Shown: positions 28,582 through 41,793, counted from the first letter of the stretch. The stretch is 64,000 nt of DNA from Alphaproteobacteria bacterium (GCA_964291285.2 OZ219788.1:128001-192000); one strand, 5' to 3'. Numbers and translations are program-made. The notes: generated by a model from the sequence alone, not told the origin.

Positions 28582-30252
28582 TCAGGGCACGCCGACGGAA
28601 ATATCCAGCAGCGCCTGGCGGCCTTCCCCGGCCACCGCGTCGATGGCGCGGGCCAGCGCGTCCGGAAGGGCCTCCGGGTCCTCCACCCGTTCCCCGTGCC
28701 CGCCGCTCGCCTGCGCGATGAGGTCATAGCGCGGCGCGGGCTCCAGCGAGGTCAGCGGCATGACGTTGGCGCGGCTTGCATGGCCGTCCGGATAGACCGA
28801 CAGCGCCGCCCGCCGGACGGCGTTGTAGATGCCGTTGTTGAACACCAGCGTCAGCACCGGAAGGCCCAGCGAAGCGCCTGCCTGGTGGCAGGCGACGGGG
28901 TTGGCGAACATGTATGAGCCGTCGCCGATGCAGGCGACCGCCATGCGCTCCGGCCGTGCCAGTTTCGCACCCATCGCCGCCGGCAGACCCCAGCCGAGAC
29001 CGCCCGCCAGCGAGCCGCCGAAATAGCCGAGCGGATCGCGCACAGTGAGCGCCGGGAGCGGCACGCCCAGTTCATTGAAGATCATGGCACCGTCCGGCAG
29101 CGCCCGGTCGAGGCACCGCCCGACCCAGCCCGGCGACATCGGCGCGGACGCGCCGCCGGCTTCCGCAGCGGCGATGCGCGCCTCCCTCCCCTCGCGGCAG
29201 CGGCGGGCGACTTCTTTCCCCCGGCCCTTCGGTGGCGGCTCCATTTCGGCAGCCAGCGCCTCCAGCACGGCCGCCGGGTCCCCGGCAATGGCGACATCGG
29301 CAGGAAACCCGCGCATCGGCACGTCCGAAAACAGCGGGTCGGCACCGACCTGCACCACCTTGCAGCCGGGCCGGATATCCCGCTCGGCCGGCATCCAGGG
29401 CACCATCGCGTCCAGCACCAGCACGGCGTCCGCGCGCCCAAGCCAGGGGCCGGGATCGAAGCCGCCATGCATGGCGTGGTCGCCCGGCAGCGAGGCGCGG
29501 CTCGCCCAGAATTCCACCACCGGCATCGCGAACCGTTCGGCGAAATCGGCAAGCACCTGCCAGCCCGCGCCCCGGTTGGCGACGATCAGCGGCCGCTTAG
29601 CCACCGACAGCACCGCCGCTCCTTCGGCGATGGCGGCCGGATCCGGCAGGCCCGGGGACACCGGCTTCTGGCGCGGCTCCGGCGAGACGCTGAAGCCCGG
29701 CAGCGCCTCCGCCATGACCTCGCGCGGCATGGTGAAATAGACCGGGCCCCTGGGCGGCGTGGCGGCGACGGCGAGCGCGCGCTCCACCACCGCCTCCAAC
29801 TGGTCGGCGAGGCGTAGCTCATAGTCCCACTTGACCGCCTCGCGCAGCATCCCGGCCTGGTCGTACATGTCCTGGCCCCAGTGGATACCCCGGTCGCGCG
29901 CGCCCTTGCGGCCCTTCTCGGTGACGGGCGTGCGCCCGGCGGCCATGAAGATCGGCACATTGTCGCGCCGGGCGTTGATGAGGCCCATCAGCGCGTTGGC
30001 GGTGCCGACATTCACATGCGCCATGACGGCGGCCATCCGGCCCGACGCCTGCCAGTAGCCGTCCGCCATGCCGACCGCCACGGTCTCGTGCACGATGGTG
30101 TGCGGTGTCGGGAAGTCGAGCCCGGTCTCCCCGGCCCGCGCATAGGCCTCGACAATGGGTGCGAAGTCGGTGCCAGGATTGGCGAACAGCACATCCACGC
30201 CGCGCGCCTTCAGCAGCGCCAGGTAGGCCTCGGCGACGGTGATTTCGGTCAC
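28582..30252 (-). CDS. Thiamine pyrophosphate-dependent enzyme (acetolactate synthase/benzoylformate decarboxylase-like)
   Basis: FANPGTDF, HE..A..MA.GY, GLGWG, GDGSYMFANP...NNG. Confidence 0.9.
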   Translation of the reverse strand: MTEITVAEAYLALLKARGVDVLFANPGTDFAPIVEAYARAGETGLDFPTPHTIVHETVAVGMADGYWQASGRMAAVMAHVNVGTANALMGLINARRDNVPIFMAAGRTPVTEKGRKGARDRGIHWGQDMYDQAGMLREAVKWDYELRLADQLEAVVERALAVAATPPRGPVYFTMPREVMAEALPGFSVSPEPRQKPVSPGLPDPAAIAEGAAVLSVAKRPLIVANRGAGWQVLADFAERFAMPVVEFWASRASLPGDHAMHGGFDPGPWLGRADAVLVLDAMVPWMPAERDIRPGCKVVQVGADPLFSDVPMRGFPADVAIAGDPAAVLEALAAEMEPPPKGRGKEVARRCREGREARIAAAEAGGASAPMSPGWVGRCLDRALPDGAMIFNELGVPLPALTVRDPLGYFGGSLAGGLGWGLPAAMGAKLARPERMAVACIGDGSYMFANPVACHQAGASLGLPVLTLVFNNGIYNAVRRAALSVYPDGHASRANVMPLTSLEPAPRYDLIAQASGGHGERVEDPEALPDALARAIDAVAGEGRQALLDISVGVP

Positions 30253-30268
30253 GGATGCGCCGCCACGC

Positions 30269-30769
30269 TCAGGCATCCGCCGGCTCGAAGCCCGGTTCGT
30301 CGCGGAAGCGCTCCTCGGTCCAGCGGGCGAGGTCGTCGTCGCTGAGCGCCGGGTCCCAGGCGGCGGCCTGCGGCTGGGCCACCTTCCAGGGCGTGTCGCA
30401 GAAGATCTCGATGCCGTTCTGCTCGGGGTCCTCGAAATAGATCGACCAGGTGTTGCCGTGGCTGCGGGGGTTGTAGGAGACCCCTTCCGCATCCAGCGCC
30501 GCCGCCATGCCGCGCAGCGCCGCAAGGCCCTCGATGCGGAACGCCGCGTGGTTGACGCTGTTGGAGGGGCCGGCCTCCTTCCTGCCGTCGATGAAGGCGA
30601 CCTGGTGGTGTTCCTCCGGGTCCTGGCTGAGGAAGACGATCTCCCTGTCGTCGTCCGGGCGGAGCGGCCCCCGGTCCGTCACCTCGAAGCCCAGCACGTC
30701 CGTGTAGAACGCCAGCATCCGCTCCGCGTCCTCGACATAGAGCACCATGTGGGACCATGCGAGCGCCAT
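30269..30769 (-). CDS. VOC/glyoxalase family protein
   Basis: SHMVLYV, FY.DVLGF.VTDRG, EHHQ, NHAAF, HGNTWSIYFEDPEQNGIE. Confidence 0.88.
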   Translation of the reverse strand: MALAWSHMVLYVEDAERMLAFYTDVLGFEVTDRGPLRPDDDREIVFLSQDPEEHHQVAFIDGRKEAGPSNSVNHAAFRIEGLAALRGMAAALDAEGVSYNPRSHGNTWSIYFEDPEQNGIEIFCDTPWKVAQPQAAAWDPALSDDDLARWTEERFRDEPGFEPADA

Positions 30770-30783
30770 CGCCTCTACTCCCG

Positions 30784-32610
<1,827 letters not shown>

Positions 32611-32639
32611 GATGGCGACGGCGAAACGGAGGACAGAGG

Positions 32640-33746
32640 ATGGCGGCGGCTTCCTACATCAATCCGCGGACCGGCGCGAATTGGCATGCGGACCGGGCGC
32701 TCTGGCGCGCGCCGGACGATGGCGGCCTGCTGGGCCTGACGCCGGGGCAGGGCCTCGCGCGGGACGAGATCGAGCGGTCGGAGACCTCGTTATGGCGCTA
32801 CCGCGCCGCCATCCGCCTGGAAGACAGGGGCCGGGTCAGTCTCGGCGAAGGCTTCACGCCGTTGGTCGAGACGGAATGGGACGGCCGCCGGCTCCTCTTC
32901 AAGTGCGAGCACCTGATGCCCACCGGCTCATTCAAGGACCGGGGCACGGCCGTCATGATGACGCATCTGAAGCAGGCGGGCGTGGAGGCGCTGCTGGAAG
33001 ACAGCTCCGGCAATGCCGGGGCGTCCATCGCCGCCTACGCCGCCGCTGCGGGAATACGCGCCCGCATCATGGTGCCGGAGAGCGCCCCGGCGGCGAAGCG
33101 CATCCAGATCGCCGCCGCCGGGGCCGAATTGCAGGAGGTGGCCGGAGACCGCGACGCCGTGGAGCAGGCGGCGCTCGCGGCTGCGGAGGAGCTGTTCTAC
33201 GCGAGCCACAACCGCCAGCCCTTCTTCCTCGAAGGCACCAAGACGCTCGCCTTCGAGCTATGGGAGCAGCTGGGCTTCCGCGCGCCGGCGGCCGTGGCCG
33301 CGCCCTGCGGCAACGGCGCCAACATTCTCGGCCTCCATCTCGGCTTCCGGGAATTGCGGGAAGCGGGGGAGATCGAGTCCCTGCCCCGCCTTTATGCGGT
33401 GCAGGCGGCGAACAACGCCCCCATCCACGCCCTGTTCGACGGCCGGGTCCTGCCGCGGGGGCCGACCGTCGCAGACGGCATCGCGACGGCGCAGCCGATC
33501 AGGGGGCGGATGGTGGCAGACGCCGTCCGGGCCACCGGGGGCATGGTTCCCGTCGTGAGCGAAGAGGCGATCCGCGCCGCCCTGGAGCAGCTCGCCCGGT
33601 CCGGCTGGTTCCTGGAGCCGACCTCCGCGGTTGCCGCCGCAGCCCTGCCGCAAATCCCGGAGGACGACGTGGTGCTGGTGCTGACGGGCTCCGGCCTCAA
33701 GACCCTCGACGTCCATGCCGGCCTTGCGGGACTATCGGGACCCTGA
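32640..33746 (+). CDS. Threonine synthase-like PLP-dependent enzyme
   Basis: [38 protein letters not shown]. Confidence 0.88.
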   Translation: MAAASYINPRTGANWHADRALWRAPDDGGLLGLTPGQGLARDEIERSETSLWRYRAAIRLEDRGRVSLGEGFTPLVETEWDGRRLLFKCEHLMPTGSFKDRGTAVMMTHLKQAGVEALLEDSSGNAGASIAAYAAAAGIRARIMVPESAPAAKRIQIAAAGAELQEVAGDRDAVEQAALAAAEELFYASHNRQPFFLEGTKTLAFELWEQLGFRAPAAVAAPCGNGANILGLHLGFRELREAGEIESLPRLYAVQAANNAPIHALFDGRVLPRGPTVADGIATAQPIRGRMVADAVRATGGMVPVVSEEAIRAALEQLARSGWFLEPTSAVAAAALPQIPEDDVVLVLTGSGLKTLDVHAGLAGLSGP

Positions 33747-35030
33747 AGTTTGCCGGAGAAGCCGCATCGGCGCGCCGCCGCCGGCCTGCATGCGGGATAT
33801 GAGGACGAGGACGACGATCAGGTTGGCGGCGTTGAATGCCGCCCCGACCAGGAATGCGGGCGTGTAGCTGCCTGTCCAGTCGAAGAGTTAGCCGGCCAGC
33901 CACCCGCCGAATCCCATGGCGAGGGTGCCGAACAGCAGGACCACGCCCAGCCGCCGGCCGGCCTCGGCCGGCGGCAGATGCTCGCGGACGATCACCGGAT
34001 AGCAGATGCTGATGCCCCCGTATCCGATCCCGAACAGGGCCGAGACGGCGTAGAGCGCGAGCATGCCGTCCACCGCTGCGTAGAACAGCAGCGCCACCGT
34101 CTGCAGGCCGGAGAACGCCAGCAGCGAGACGAGGCCGCCAACACGGTCCACCAGCAGGGCGCCGCCAACGAACCGGACGACGGTGGCCGCCAGCAATGCG
34201 GTTGCGAGCATCTCCGCCGCCCGCGCCGCGGCGTGGCCGAGATCGCTCGCATGTGCGACGAGGTGCGCGACCGGCATCGCCATGGAAACGCAGCATCCGA
34301 CGATGGCGAGGCAGAACGCGGTCTGGGTCGCGAATATCGAAAGGGCGATTGTCCGCCGGCGGACCGCTGGCGCTCCGGAACGGGATTCGGCATTGCCGCC
34401 TTCACCGTCCGGGGCCGATGCCTCCCGCGCCGGCATCCGGCGCCACAGCACGAGGCTGAGCGGCAGCGCCGTGACCAGGACGAAAACGCCGAATCCGAGG
34501 AAGGTGTCCCGCCAGCCGACGGTCTCGTTGAAATACCGGAACACGGGCGGCCAGACGGTGCCGCCGATGCTTTCCCCGGCCGTGACCAGGCCGACCGCGA
34601 GGCCGCGCCGGTTCTCGAACCAGCGCATCGCGTTGACGGACAGGGGCCCGTAAACGGTCGCGTAGCCGAGCAGCCCCATCATCGCGCCATAGACGAGGTA
34701 GAGCTGCCACTCCGAGTCGATGGACCCGGCGAGCGCTGCGCCCACGCCCAGCATGGTCATGCCGAGCAGGCTAACCGGCCCCGCTCCGGCGCGGTCGAAC
34801 CAGTATCCCATGGCGATGCCGCCGATCCCGGTCCCGGCGAAGAAGAGCAAATAGGCGAAGGACGGCACGGCGCGCGGCCAGCCGAACTCGCCCGCGATCT
34901 GCTTCAGGCTCACCACCAGCAGATACATCGCGCCGCTGGCGACCAGCACCAGATAAATGGAAACGGCGAGCACTGCGACGGCGAGCAGTTGCCGCCTCGT
35001 TGCGGGGTCTGGCGTCTCCGAGTCGGTCAT
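33732..35030 (-). pseudogene. MFS transporter (OFA/MCT-like) with a premature TAA at 33888-33890
   Basis: ORF stops at GFGGWLAG*, but the same frame continues LFDWTGSYTPAFLVGAAFNAANLIVVLVL to TAG at 33732. Confidence 0.75.
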
Positions 35031-35114
35031 TCGGGAACCCGGCTGTCGCGGTTGCTCCCTGCCGCAAGCGGCAACTGTCAGGTCAATAGCCTCGCAGAGC
35101 CGTCTTGCCAACGG

Positions 35115-35282
35115 ATCGAGCGGGCCGGCATGTCGCTCTCCGACTTCCTGCTCGCCGAGATTCGCGAGGTTGCGGCGCGGCCTACCGTGGACGAGTTGCG
35201 CAGACGCATCGCAGGCCGCGCGGGCGTCTCGCCCTCGGTGCCGCCTGCCGAGGTGGTCCGCCGGGAACGCGACAGCGGGTGA
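35115..35282 (+). pseudogene. VapB/FitA-like antitoxin remnant (N-terminus missing)
   Basis: ERAGMSLSDFLLAEIREVAARPTVDEL...PAEVVRRERD*; GTGA overlap with a PIN-toxin start. Confidence 0.7.
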
Positions 35283-35345
35283 TCGTCGTCGATGCCTCCG
35301 CCCTCATCCAACTGCTTCTGCCCTCGGACGCCGCCGGAACCGGCG
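35279..35345 (+). pseudogene. VapC PIN toxin 5' fragment
   Basis: (M)IVVDASALIQLLL PIN N-terminus; similarity is lost after ~20 codons. Confidence 0.7.
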
Positions 35346-35366
35346 CGGCGCGGAAACCGAGTTTCT

Positions 35367-35945
35367 CTAATTTCCGCCCCGCTGCCGGCGCGGTCGGGGC
35401 TTGGGAGCCGGGCCGGGCGGATCGAGGCCGGCCCGGCGGGCCCACACGTAGATGAAGTGCCGCGCCCGTCTCTGGCGAAGAGGCCACGGCCGGTCCGGCG
35501 AGATGGGCATGATGTCTGCGATTTCCCTGTAGGATTTTCCGGCTGCGCGCAGTTCGAAGGCGCGCCGGACCGTTTCGTCAGACAGGGCCTTTTCGCTTCG
35601 GGCCCGGCCAGCGCATTGCCTGGAGCAGTAGGCGGCCTTTTCGCTGTGAGGCCGGAACACGGTCCCGCACTGGACGCAAGGCCGCGGCGCGGGAGGATTG
35701 TGCCGCCGCCGCTCAACGACTTCCCCCTGGCCCTCCGCCTTCCGGGCCACCTGTTGAACTCTCTGGGAGGTGACGCCCACCGTCTCGCCGACCGACTTCA
35801 GGGACTGGCCCTGTTCCAGCAGCGCTTTGGCCCGGGGCCACCAGGCCGGCAGGCGTTTCGGCCGAACCGGCCGCACCACCGGCCGCGGCACCGGCCGCCA
35901 GCCGCGCGCCGGGCCTTCGCCCCATTCAAGCCGGCCGCCCTTCAC
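35367..35945 (-). CDS. Hypothetical DNA-binding protein: HTH, CxxC..YCSxxC zinc ribbon, HTH
   Basis: [20 protein letters not shown]; CVQCGTVF...YCSRQC; [12 protein letters not shown]; GTG overlaps the leuB stop. Confidence 0.65.
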   Translation of the reverse strand: MKGGRLEWGEGPARGWRPVPRPVVRPVRPKRLPAWWPRAKALLEQGQSLKSVGETVGVTSQRVQQVARKAEGQGEVVERRRHNPPAPRPCVQCGTVFRPHSEKAAYCSRQCAGRARSEKALSDETVRRAFELRAAGKSYREIADIMPISPDRPWPLRQRRARHFIYVWARRAGLDPPGPAPKPRPRRQRGGN

Positions 35946-37057
35946 GCCGCCAGCCTGTCGAGTTCCGCCAGAACGGCGTCGCCCATGGCGGAGCAGGAGA
36001 CCGGCTGCTGGCCGGGCCCCGCGATGTCGGCGGTGCGCACGCCTGCAGCCAGCACGTTCTCGACCGCGCCGTCCACGAGGTCCGCATCCTCGCCCATGTC
36101 GAAGCTGTAACGCAGCATCATCGAGAATGATAGCAGTTCCGCGAGCGGATTGGCACGGTCTTCGCCGGCGATGTCGGGCGCGCTGCCATGAACCGGCTCG
36201 TAGAGTGAGAGCCGCCGGCCCGTGGTCGGGTCCTCCGCGCCGAGCGAGGCCGAGGGCAGCATGCCGAGCGAGCCGGTCAGCATCGCCGCGCAGTCCGACA
36301 AGAGGTCGCCGAACAGATTGTCGGTGACGATGACGTCGAACTGCTTGGGGTTGCGCACGAGCTGCATGGCGCAGTTGTCCGCGTACATGTGCGAAAGCTC
36401 GACATCGGGGAATTCGTCGTCATGGATACGCTGGACGTCCTCGCGCCACATCACGCCGCTCTCCATGACATTCGCCTTCTCGACCGACATGACGCGGTTG
36501 GAGCGCTTGCGGGCAAGCTCGAAGCCGACCCTGGCGACGCGCTCGACCTCGGGCGTCGTATAGACCTGCGTGTTGATGCCGCGCCGGACGCCGTTGCCCA
36601 GGTCCTCGATGCCGCGCGGCTCGCCGAAATAGATGCCGCCCGTGAGCTCCCGCAGGATCATGATATCGAGGCCGGAGACGAGTTCGCGCTTGAGCGAGGA
36701 GGCGTCCGCGAGCGCGTCGAACACGATGGCCGGGCGGAGATTGGCGAACAGGTCCATCTCCTTGCGCAGGCGGAGCAGGCCGCGCTCCGGCTGGACCTCG
36801 AAGGGCAGCGTCTCCCATTTCGGGCCGCCGACCGAGCCGAACAGCACCGCGTCGGAGGCGACCGCATCGGCCAACGTCTCGTCGGTGAGCGGCAGGCCGT
36901 GCGCGTCGATGGCGGAACCGCCCACCAGCCCTTCCGCTATGTCGAAGGAGACATGGCGGCGCCGGTCCATCCAGTCCACCACGCGGCGCACCTGACCCAC
37001 GACCTCGGGGCCGATGCCGTCGCCGGCGAGAATGAGCAGCTTCTTGTTGGCGGGCAT
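35942..37057 (-). CDS. leuB: 3-isopropylmalate dehydrogenase
   Basis: [46 protein letters not shown]. Confidence 0.97.
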   Translation of the reverse strand: MPANKKLLILAGDGIGPEVVGQVRRVVDWMDRRRHVSFDIAEGLVGGSAIDAHGLPLTDETLADAVASDAVLFGSVGGPKWETLPFEVQPERGLLRLRKEMDLFANLRPAIVFDALADASSLKRELVSGLDIMILRELTGGIYFGEPRGIEDLGNGVRRGINTQVYTTPEVERVARVGFELARKRSNRVMSVEKANVMESGVMWREDVQRIHDDEFPDVELSHMYADNCAMQLVRNPKQFDVIVTDNLFGDLLSDCAAMLTGSLGMLPSASLGAEDPTTGRRLSLYEPVHGSAPDIAGEDRANPLAELLSFSMMLRYSFDMGEDADLVDGAVENVLAAGVRTADIAGPGQQPVSCSAMGDAVLAELDRLAA

Positions 37058-37124
37058 GTCCGGCCCCTCTTCCTCCGATGCACAGAACATAGCGTCCGCG
37101 CCGCCACCCCGGAAGCACCGGGTC

Positions 37125-38099
37125 TCAATGCTCCTTGACGAAGGGCCTTCCCAGAGCGCGGGGCGGGATGGCGCGGCCGAAGAAGCCGGCGAGCAGCACC
37201 ACCGTCATTGCGTAGGGCAGCACCGAGACGAGCGCCACGGGCGCCGGGCCGATCAACGGCAGCTCCATGCCCTGCAGCCTCGGCGCCACCGTGTCCAGCA
37301 GGCCGAACAGGAGACAGGCGAAGAGCACGGGAAGCGGCTTCCAGCGCCCGAAGATCAGCGCCGCGAGAGCTAGGAAGCCCTTACCCGCGCTCATCTCGCG
37401 CACGAAGCCCGCGCCGTGGGCTATCGAGAGATAGGCGCCCGCCAGACCGCAGAGCAGGCCGGCGATGAGGATGCCGCGATAGCGGAGCGCCGACACCGAA
37501 ACGCCGGCACTGTCCACCGCCTCCGGCAGTTCGCCCGCAGCGCGGAGCCTGAGCCCGAAGCGCGTGCGCCAGCCCAGCCACCAGACCAGCAGCACGGACA
37601 GGAAGGCTGCATAGACCAGCAGGTTGTGGCCGGACACCAGTTCGGCATAGAGAGGCCCCAGAAGAGGAATCTCCCTGAGGCTTTCGGCAAATGGCAGGGC
37701 GATGGGCGAAAAGCGCTCGCCGGCGCCGAGAGCGGGCGTGTGGCCGCCATGGCGGAAGAGCGCATTCGCCACCACCACGGTCATGCCGAGCGCGAGGATA
37801 TTCACCGCGACGCCGGAGACGATCTGCTCGCCGCGATGGGTTATGCAGGCGAAGCCGTGGACGAGCGCCAGCATGACGGAGGCCGCGAGCGCGGCGGCCA
37901 GACCAACCCAGGGCGAGCCTGTCAGCGTGGCGGCGGCGGCGGCGGCGAAGGCGCCGGCCAGCAGCTTGCCCTCAAGGCCGATATCGACGATGCCGGAGCG
38001 CTCGGAGACGAGCCCCGCCATGGCGCAGAAGATGAGCGGCGTGGCGAGCCGGGCGGTCCCGTCCAGTACCGTGAGCAGGTCGATCCACAGCTCAGGCAT
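37125..38099 (-). CDS. Nucleoside/sugar ABC transporter permease
   Basis: [33 protein letters not shown]. Confidence 0.9.
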   Translation of the reverse strand: MPELWIDLLTVLDGTARLATPLIFCAMAGLVSERSGIVDIGLEGKLLAGAFAAAAAATLTGSPWVGLAAALAASVMLALVHGFACITHRGEQIVSGVAVNILALGMTVVVANALFRHGGHTPALGAGERFSPIALPFAESLREIPLLGPLYAELVSGHNLLVYAAFLSVLLVWWLGWRTRFGLRLRAAGELPEAVDSAGVSVSALRYRGILIAGLLCGLAGAYLSIAHGAGFVREMSAGKGFLALAALIFGRWKPLPVLFACLLFGLLDTVAPRLQGMELPLIGPAPVALVSVLPYAMTVVLLAGFFGRAIPPRALGRPFVKEH

Positions 38100-39186
38100 G
38101 GGCGGCGTTCCGCATGAGGACGAGCCTCGCCAGCCAAGGCGTGAACATGTAGGCGAGCGCGCCGGAGAAGAGGATCACCAGCCCCTGGATCACCAGGGCA
38201 AGCTCGTGGGTGATGGTCTCGAACTCGAAATTGAGTTCCGCCCCGCCCTGGAAGAGCGCGCCGAAGAGGAGGCCCGCCGCGAGGATGCCGAGGGGATGGT
38301 TGCGGCCCATGAGGGCCACCGCAATGCCGGTGAAGCCGTAGCCGGCGGAAAAGTTGAGCACCAGCTTGTGCTGGACGCCCAGCACCTCGTTGAGCGCCAT
38401 GCAGCCCGCGAGCGCGCCGGAGAGCGCCATGGCGGCCACCACGACGCGGCGGACCGGAATGCCGGCATAGCGCGCCGCCTCCTCGCTGTGGCCGATGGCG
38501 CGAAGCGCATAGCCGAACTTGGTCCGCCAGATCAGCACCCAGACCGCCGCGCAGGCAATCAGCGCGAACAGGAAGGAGAGGTTGAGCGGCGAGCGGGCGG
38601 CCTCGAAGCCGAGGGTCCGGACGAGGTCGTGGACCGCCGGCAGGCGCACGGCCTCCTCGAACAGCCGCGTCTGCGGCGAGCCCTGGCCGGGGCGCATCAT
38701 CGGCCCCGACAGCAGCCAGACCATCAGCCCGGAGGCGAGGAAGTTGAACATGATGGTGGTGATGACGATGTGGCTGCCCCGGTAAGCCTGCAGCCAGCCC
38801 GGCACCACCGCCCAGGCCGCGCCGAACAGCGCCGCGCCGGCAATCGCCACGAACGCGACAAGCCAGCCCGGCAGCACGGTCTCGAGCGAGAGGCAGGCAA
38901 GCGCTATGCCGAGGCCGCCCAAGGTCGCCTGGCCCTCCGCCCCGATATTGAACAGCCGCGCCTGAAAGGCGAGCGCGGCGGCAAGCCCGGTGAAGACGAA
39001 ATTGGTGGCGTAGTAGAGCGTGTAGCCGAGCGAGCCCGGCCCGAAGGCCCCTTGCAGAAGCACCGCGAACACGTCCAGCGGGTCCTCGCCGACCAGCGCA
39101 ACGACGACCGCCGCCGCCAGCAGCGCAAGCGCCAGGTTGACGACCGGGAGGACGCCGATATCGAGCCAGCGCGGCAGAGCGGTCAA
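38092..39186 (-). CDS. Nucleoside/sugar ABC transporter permease
   Basis: LFNIGAEGQ, HIVITTIMFNF, GFTGIAVALMGRNHP; TTG start. Confidence 0.9.
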   Translation of the reverse strand: MTALPRWLDIGVLPVVNLALALLAAAVVVALVGEDPLDVFAVLLQGAFGPGSLGYTLYYATNFVFTGLAAALAFQARLFNIGAEGQATLGGLGIALACLSLETVLPGWLVAFVAIAGAALFGAAWAVVPGWLQAYRGSHIVITTIMFNFLASGLMVWLLSGPMMRPGQGSPQTRLFEEAVRLPAVHDLVRTLGFEAARSPLNLSFLFALIACAAVWVLIWRTKFGYALRAIGHSEEAARYAGIPVRRVVVAAMALSGALAGCMALNEVLGVQHKLVLNFSAGYGFTGIAVALMGRNHPLGILAAGLLFGALFQGGAELNFEFETITHELALVIQGLVILFSGALAYMFTPWLARLVLMRNAAHA

Positions 39187-40736
39187 GCGGTTGCCCCCTC
39201 GGCGGCGCCGGTCATCATCAGCCCGAGCTGGCGGGCCGTGGCGCCTCCGGCCGGCACCGTGCCGGCCACCCGCCCGGCGTTCATCACCATGATCCGGTCG
39301 GCGAGCGCCAGGATTTCGTCGAGTTCCGTCGAGACCAGCAGGATGGCGGAGCCCCGCTCCTTCAGCGCCATGACCTCGGCATGGATGGTCTCGATGGTGC
39401 CGATATCGACGCCGCGTGTCGGCTGGCCCAGCAGCAGAACGGCGGGCACGGACTCGAACTCGCGCGCCAGAACGATCTTCTGCTGGTTGCCGCCGGAAAA
39501 CCCGGCCGCGGGCCGTCTCGGCTCCGGCGGGCGGATGTCGAAGCGCTCGATCAGGGGTTCGGCATGCGCCTGCATCGCCGCTCCGCTCGTCCAGGGGCCG
39601 GGCCCCGCGCTCTCCGGGCGGCCCAGCACGGCGTTCTCCCTGGCCTCGAACGGGAGGACCAGCCCCCGACGCTGACGGTCCTCCGGCACATGGGCGAGGC
39701 CGAGCGCGCGCAACTCGGCCGGCGTCGCCGGGCGGGCCGCGTCGATGCGCCGCCCGGCGAATTCGACATGGCCCTCCTGCACGCCCGCGAGACCGGAGAG
39801 GACATCGAGCAGTTCCGACTGGCCGTTTCCGGACACGCCCGCCACGGCGAGGATTTCGCCCGCCCGCAATTCCAGCGACACATCCTGAAGGCCGGGTGGG
39901 CCGCCGGGATGACTCCAAGTGAGGCCCGCCGCCCGCAGGACCGGCGTCCGGGCCCCGCTCTCCGGCGGGCGCACCGTCTGGCCGACCTTCCGCCCGACCA
40001 TGAGCTCGGCAAGCTCGCCCGTCGTCGTTTCGCCCGTGCTGCGCTGGCCCGCCAGGCGGCCGTGGCGCATGACCGAAACCGTGTCGCACACGGCCATCAC
40101 CTCGCGCAGCTTGTGGGTGATCAGAACGACGGTCCCGCCGGCATCGCGGATCGCGCGCAGGACGGCGAACAGCCGGTCGGTCTCGTCCGGAGTCAGCACG
40201 CCGGTCGGCTCGTCGAGGATCAGGATGCGGGCGCCCCGGAAGAGCGCCTTCAGGATTTCGATCCGCTGGCGTATGCCGACCGGCAGGTCGTCTATGAGGG
40301 TATCCGGATCGACTTCGAGCCCGTGCGTCCGGCTCAGGCCCTCCAGCCTCGCGCGGGTATCGGCCTCGCCGCCCCGGAGCCGGAAACTGCCTTCCATGCC
40401 GAGCATGACGTTTTCCAGCACGGTGAAGGTCGGCACCAGCATGAAGTGCTGGTGGACCATACCGACGCCAAGGCGGATCGCGTCCGCCGGGCTGCGGAGC
40501 GCCGCCGGCCGGCCGTCGATCTCCATGCTGCCCCGGTCGGCCGCATAGAGCCCGTAGATGATCGAGGCGAGCGTGGACTTGCCCGCTCCGTTCTCGCCGA
40601 TGATGCCGTGGATGGTGCCGGCCGGTATGTCCAGATCCACATCGTCGTTCGCAAAGACGGCGCCGAACCGCTTGGTGACGCCGCGCAGCCGGACCGCGGC
40701 GTGGCCGGGCTCTCCGGAGCCGTTACCGCCGGACAA
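39183..40736 (-). CDS. Nucleoside/sugar ABC transporter ATP-binding protein (double domain)
   Basis: GENGAGKS, MVHQHFML, VPEDR, SGGNQQK, QPTRGVD. Confidence 0.92.
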   Translation of the reverse strand: MSGGNGSGEPGHAAVRLRGVTKRFGAVFANDDVDLDIPAGTIHGIIGENGAGKSTLASIIYGLYAADRGSMEIDGRPAALRSPADAIRLGVGMVHQHFMLVPTFTVLENVMLGMEGSFRLRGGEADTRARLEGLSRTHGLEVDPDTLIDDLPVGIRQRIEILKALFRGARILILDEPTGVLTPDETDRLFAVLRAIRDAGGTVVLITHKLREVMAVCDTVSVMRHGRLAGQRSTGETTTGELAELMVGRKVGQTVRPPESGARTPVLRAAGLTWSHPGGPPGLQDVSLELRAGEILAVAGVSGNGQSELLDVLSGLAGVQEGHVEFAGRRIDAARPATPAELRALGLAHVPEDRQRRGLVLPFEARENAVLGRPESAGPGPWTSGAAMQAHAEPLIERFDIRPPEPRRPAAGFSGGNQQKIVLAREFESVPAVLLLGQPTRGVDIGTIETIHAEVMALKERGSAILLVSTELDEILALADRIMVMNAGRVAGTVPAGGATARQLGLMMTGAAEGATA

Positions 40737-40744
40737 GGGCGGCC

Positions 40745-41746
40745 TCAGCCCGGGCAGTTCGAGTCGCTCATATAGTCGTGAACGGCGATGCTGCCGGCGA
40801 TGATGTCGGCCTTGGCCTTCTCGACGGCGACCTTCAACCCGTCCGTCAGCAGGCCGGCATTGTGCTCGTCCTGCGCCCAGTCCACGCCGCCCTCGGCAAG
40901 GCCGAGGCTCAGTATGCCGGCGGAGAACGTGCCGGCAAGACCGTCCTTCAGCGTCTGGTAGGTTGCGACATCGACGCGCTTCAGCATCGAGGTCAGCACG
41001 GAGCCGGGCGCGAGCCCGTTCTGGTTCGAATCGACGCCGATGGCGAGCTTGCCGGCATCAGCCGCCGCCTGGATCACGCCGATGCCGCTCCTGCCGGCGG
41101 CGTGATAGACCACGTCCGCGCCCCGATCCATCTGGCCCTTGGCGAGTTCGGACGCCCTGGTCGGATCGTTCCAGGCGGCGGGCGTCGTCCCGGTCATCGC
41201 CTGGAACACCTCGATATCGGCATTCGCGGCCTTCGCGCCTTGCAGGTAGCCGCAATGGAACTTGCGGATGAGGGGAATATCCATGCCGCCGACAAAGCCC
41301 ACCTTGCCGGTCTTGCTGGCCAGCGCCGCGGCGATTCCGACCAGGTAGCTCCCCTCATGCTCCTTGAAGACATATTGGCGCAGATTGGGCCGGTCGAGCC
41401 ACGAGACGTCGATGATCGCGAACTGGCGGTCAGGATAGTCCGCCGCGACCGCATCGAGAGCGTCCGCCTGGGAAAACCCGACCGCGATAACCATCGTGGC
41501 GCCCCGCTCCACGAGGCGGCGCATCGCCTGCTCGCGCTGGGTCTCGTTGGTGATCTGGAACTCGGCGACCTTGACGCCGGTTTCCGTCGAGAACTTCTGG
41601 ACGCCGTTCCAGACGCCCTCGTTGAAGCTCTTGTCGAATTTGCTGCCGACATCATAGACGACCGCCGGCTTGAACTCCGCGGCGAACGCCGTTCCGGCCG
41701 CGAGGGCCCCGAGCATCGCCACGACTGAAATCAACTTGCTTCGCAT
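40745..41746 (-). CDS. BMP-family ABC substrate-binding protein
   Basis: FDKSFNE, FKEHEGSYLVG, AIGVDSNQ, TSMLKRVD. Confidence 0.92.
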   Translation of the reverse strand: MRSKLISVVAMLGALAAGTAFAAEFKPAVVYDVGSKFDKSFNEGVWNGVQKFSTETGVKVAEFQITNETQREQAMRRLVERGATMVIAVGFSQADALDAVAADYPDRQFAIIDVSWLDRPNLRQYVFKEHEGSYLVGIAAALASKTGKVGFVGGMDIPLIRKFHCGYLQGAKAANADIEVFQAMTGTTPAAWNDPTRASELAKGQMDRGADVVYHAAGRSGIGVIQAAADAGKLAIGVDSNQNGLAPGSVLTSMLKRVDVATYQTLKDGLAGTFSAGILSLGLAEGGVDWAQDEHNAGLLTDGLKVAVEKAKADIIAGSIAVHDYMSDSNCPG

Positions 41747-41793
41747 ATCGACCCCTTGTTCGCTGTCGCCCGTCGCCCGGCAGCATAATGCCG

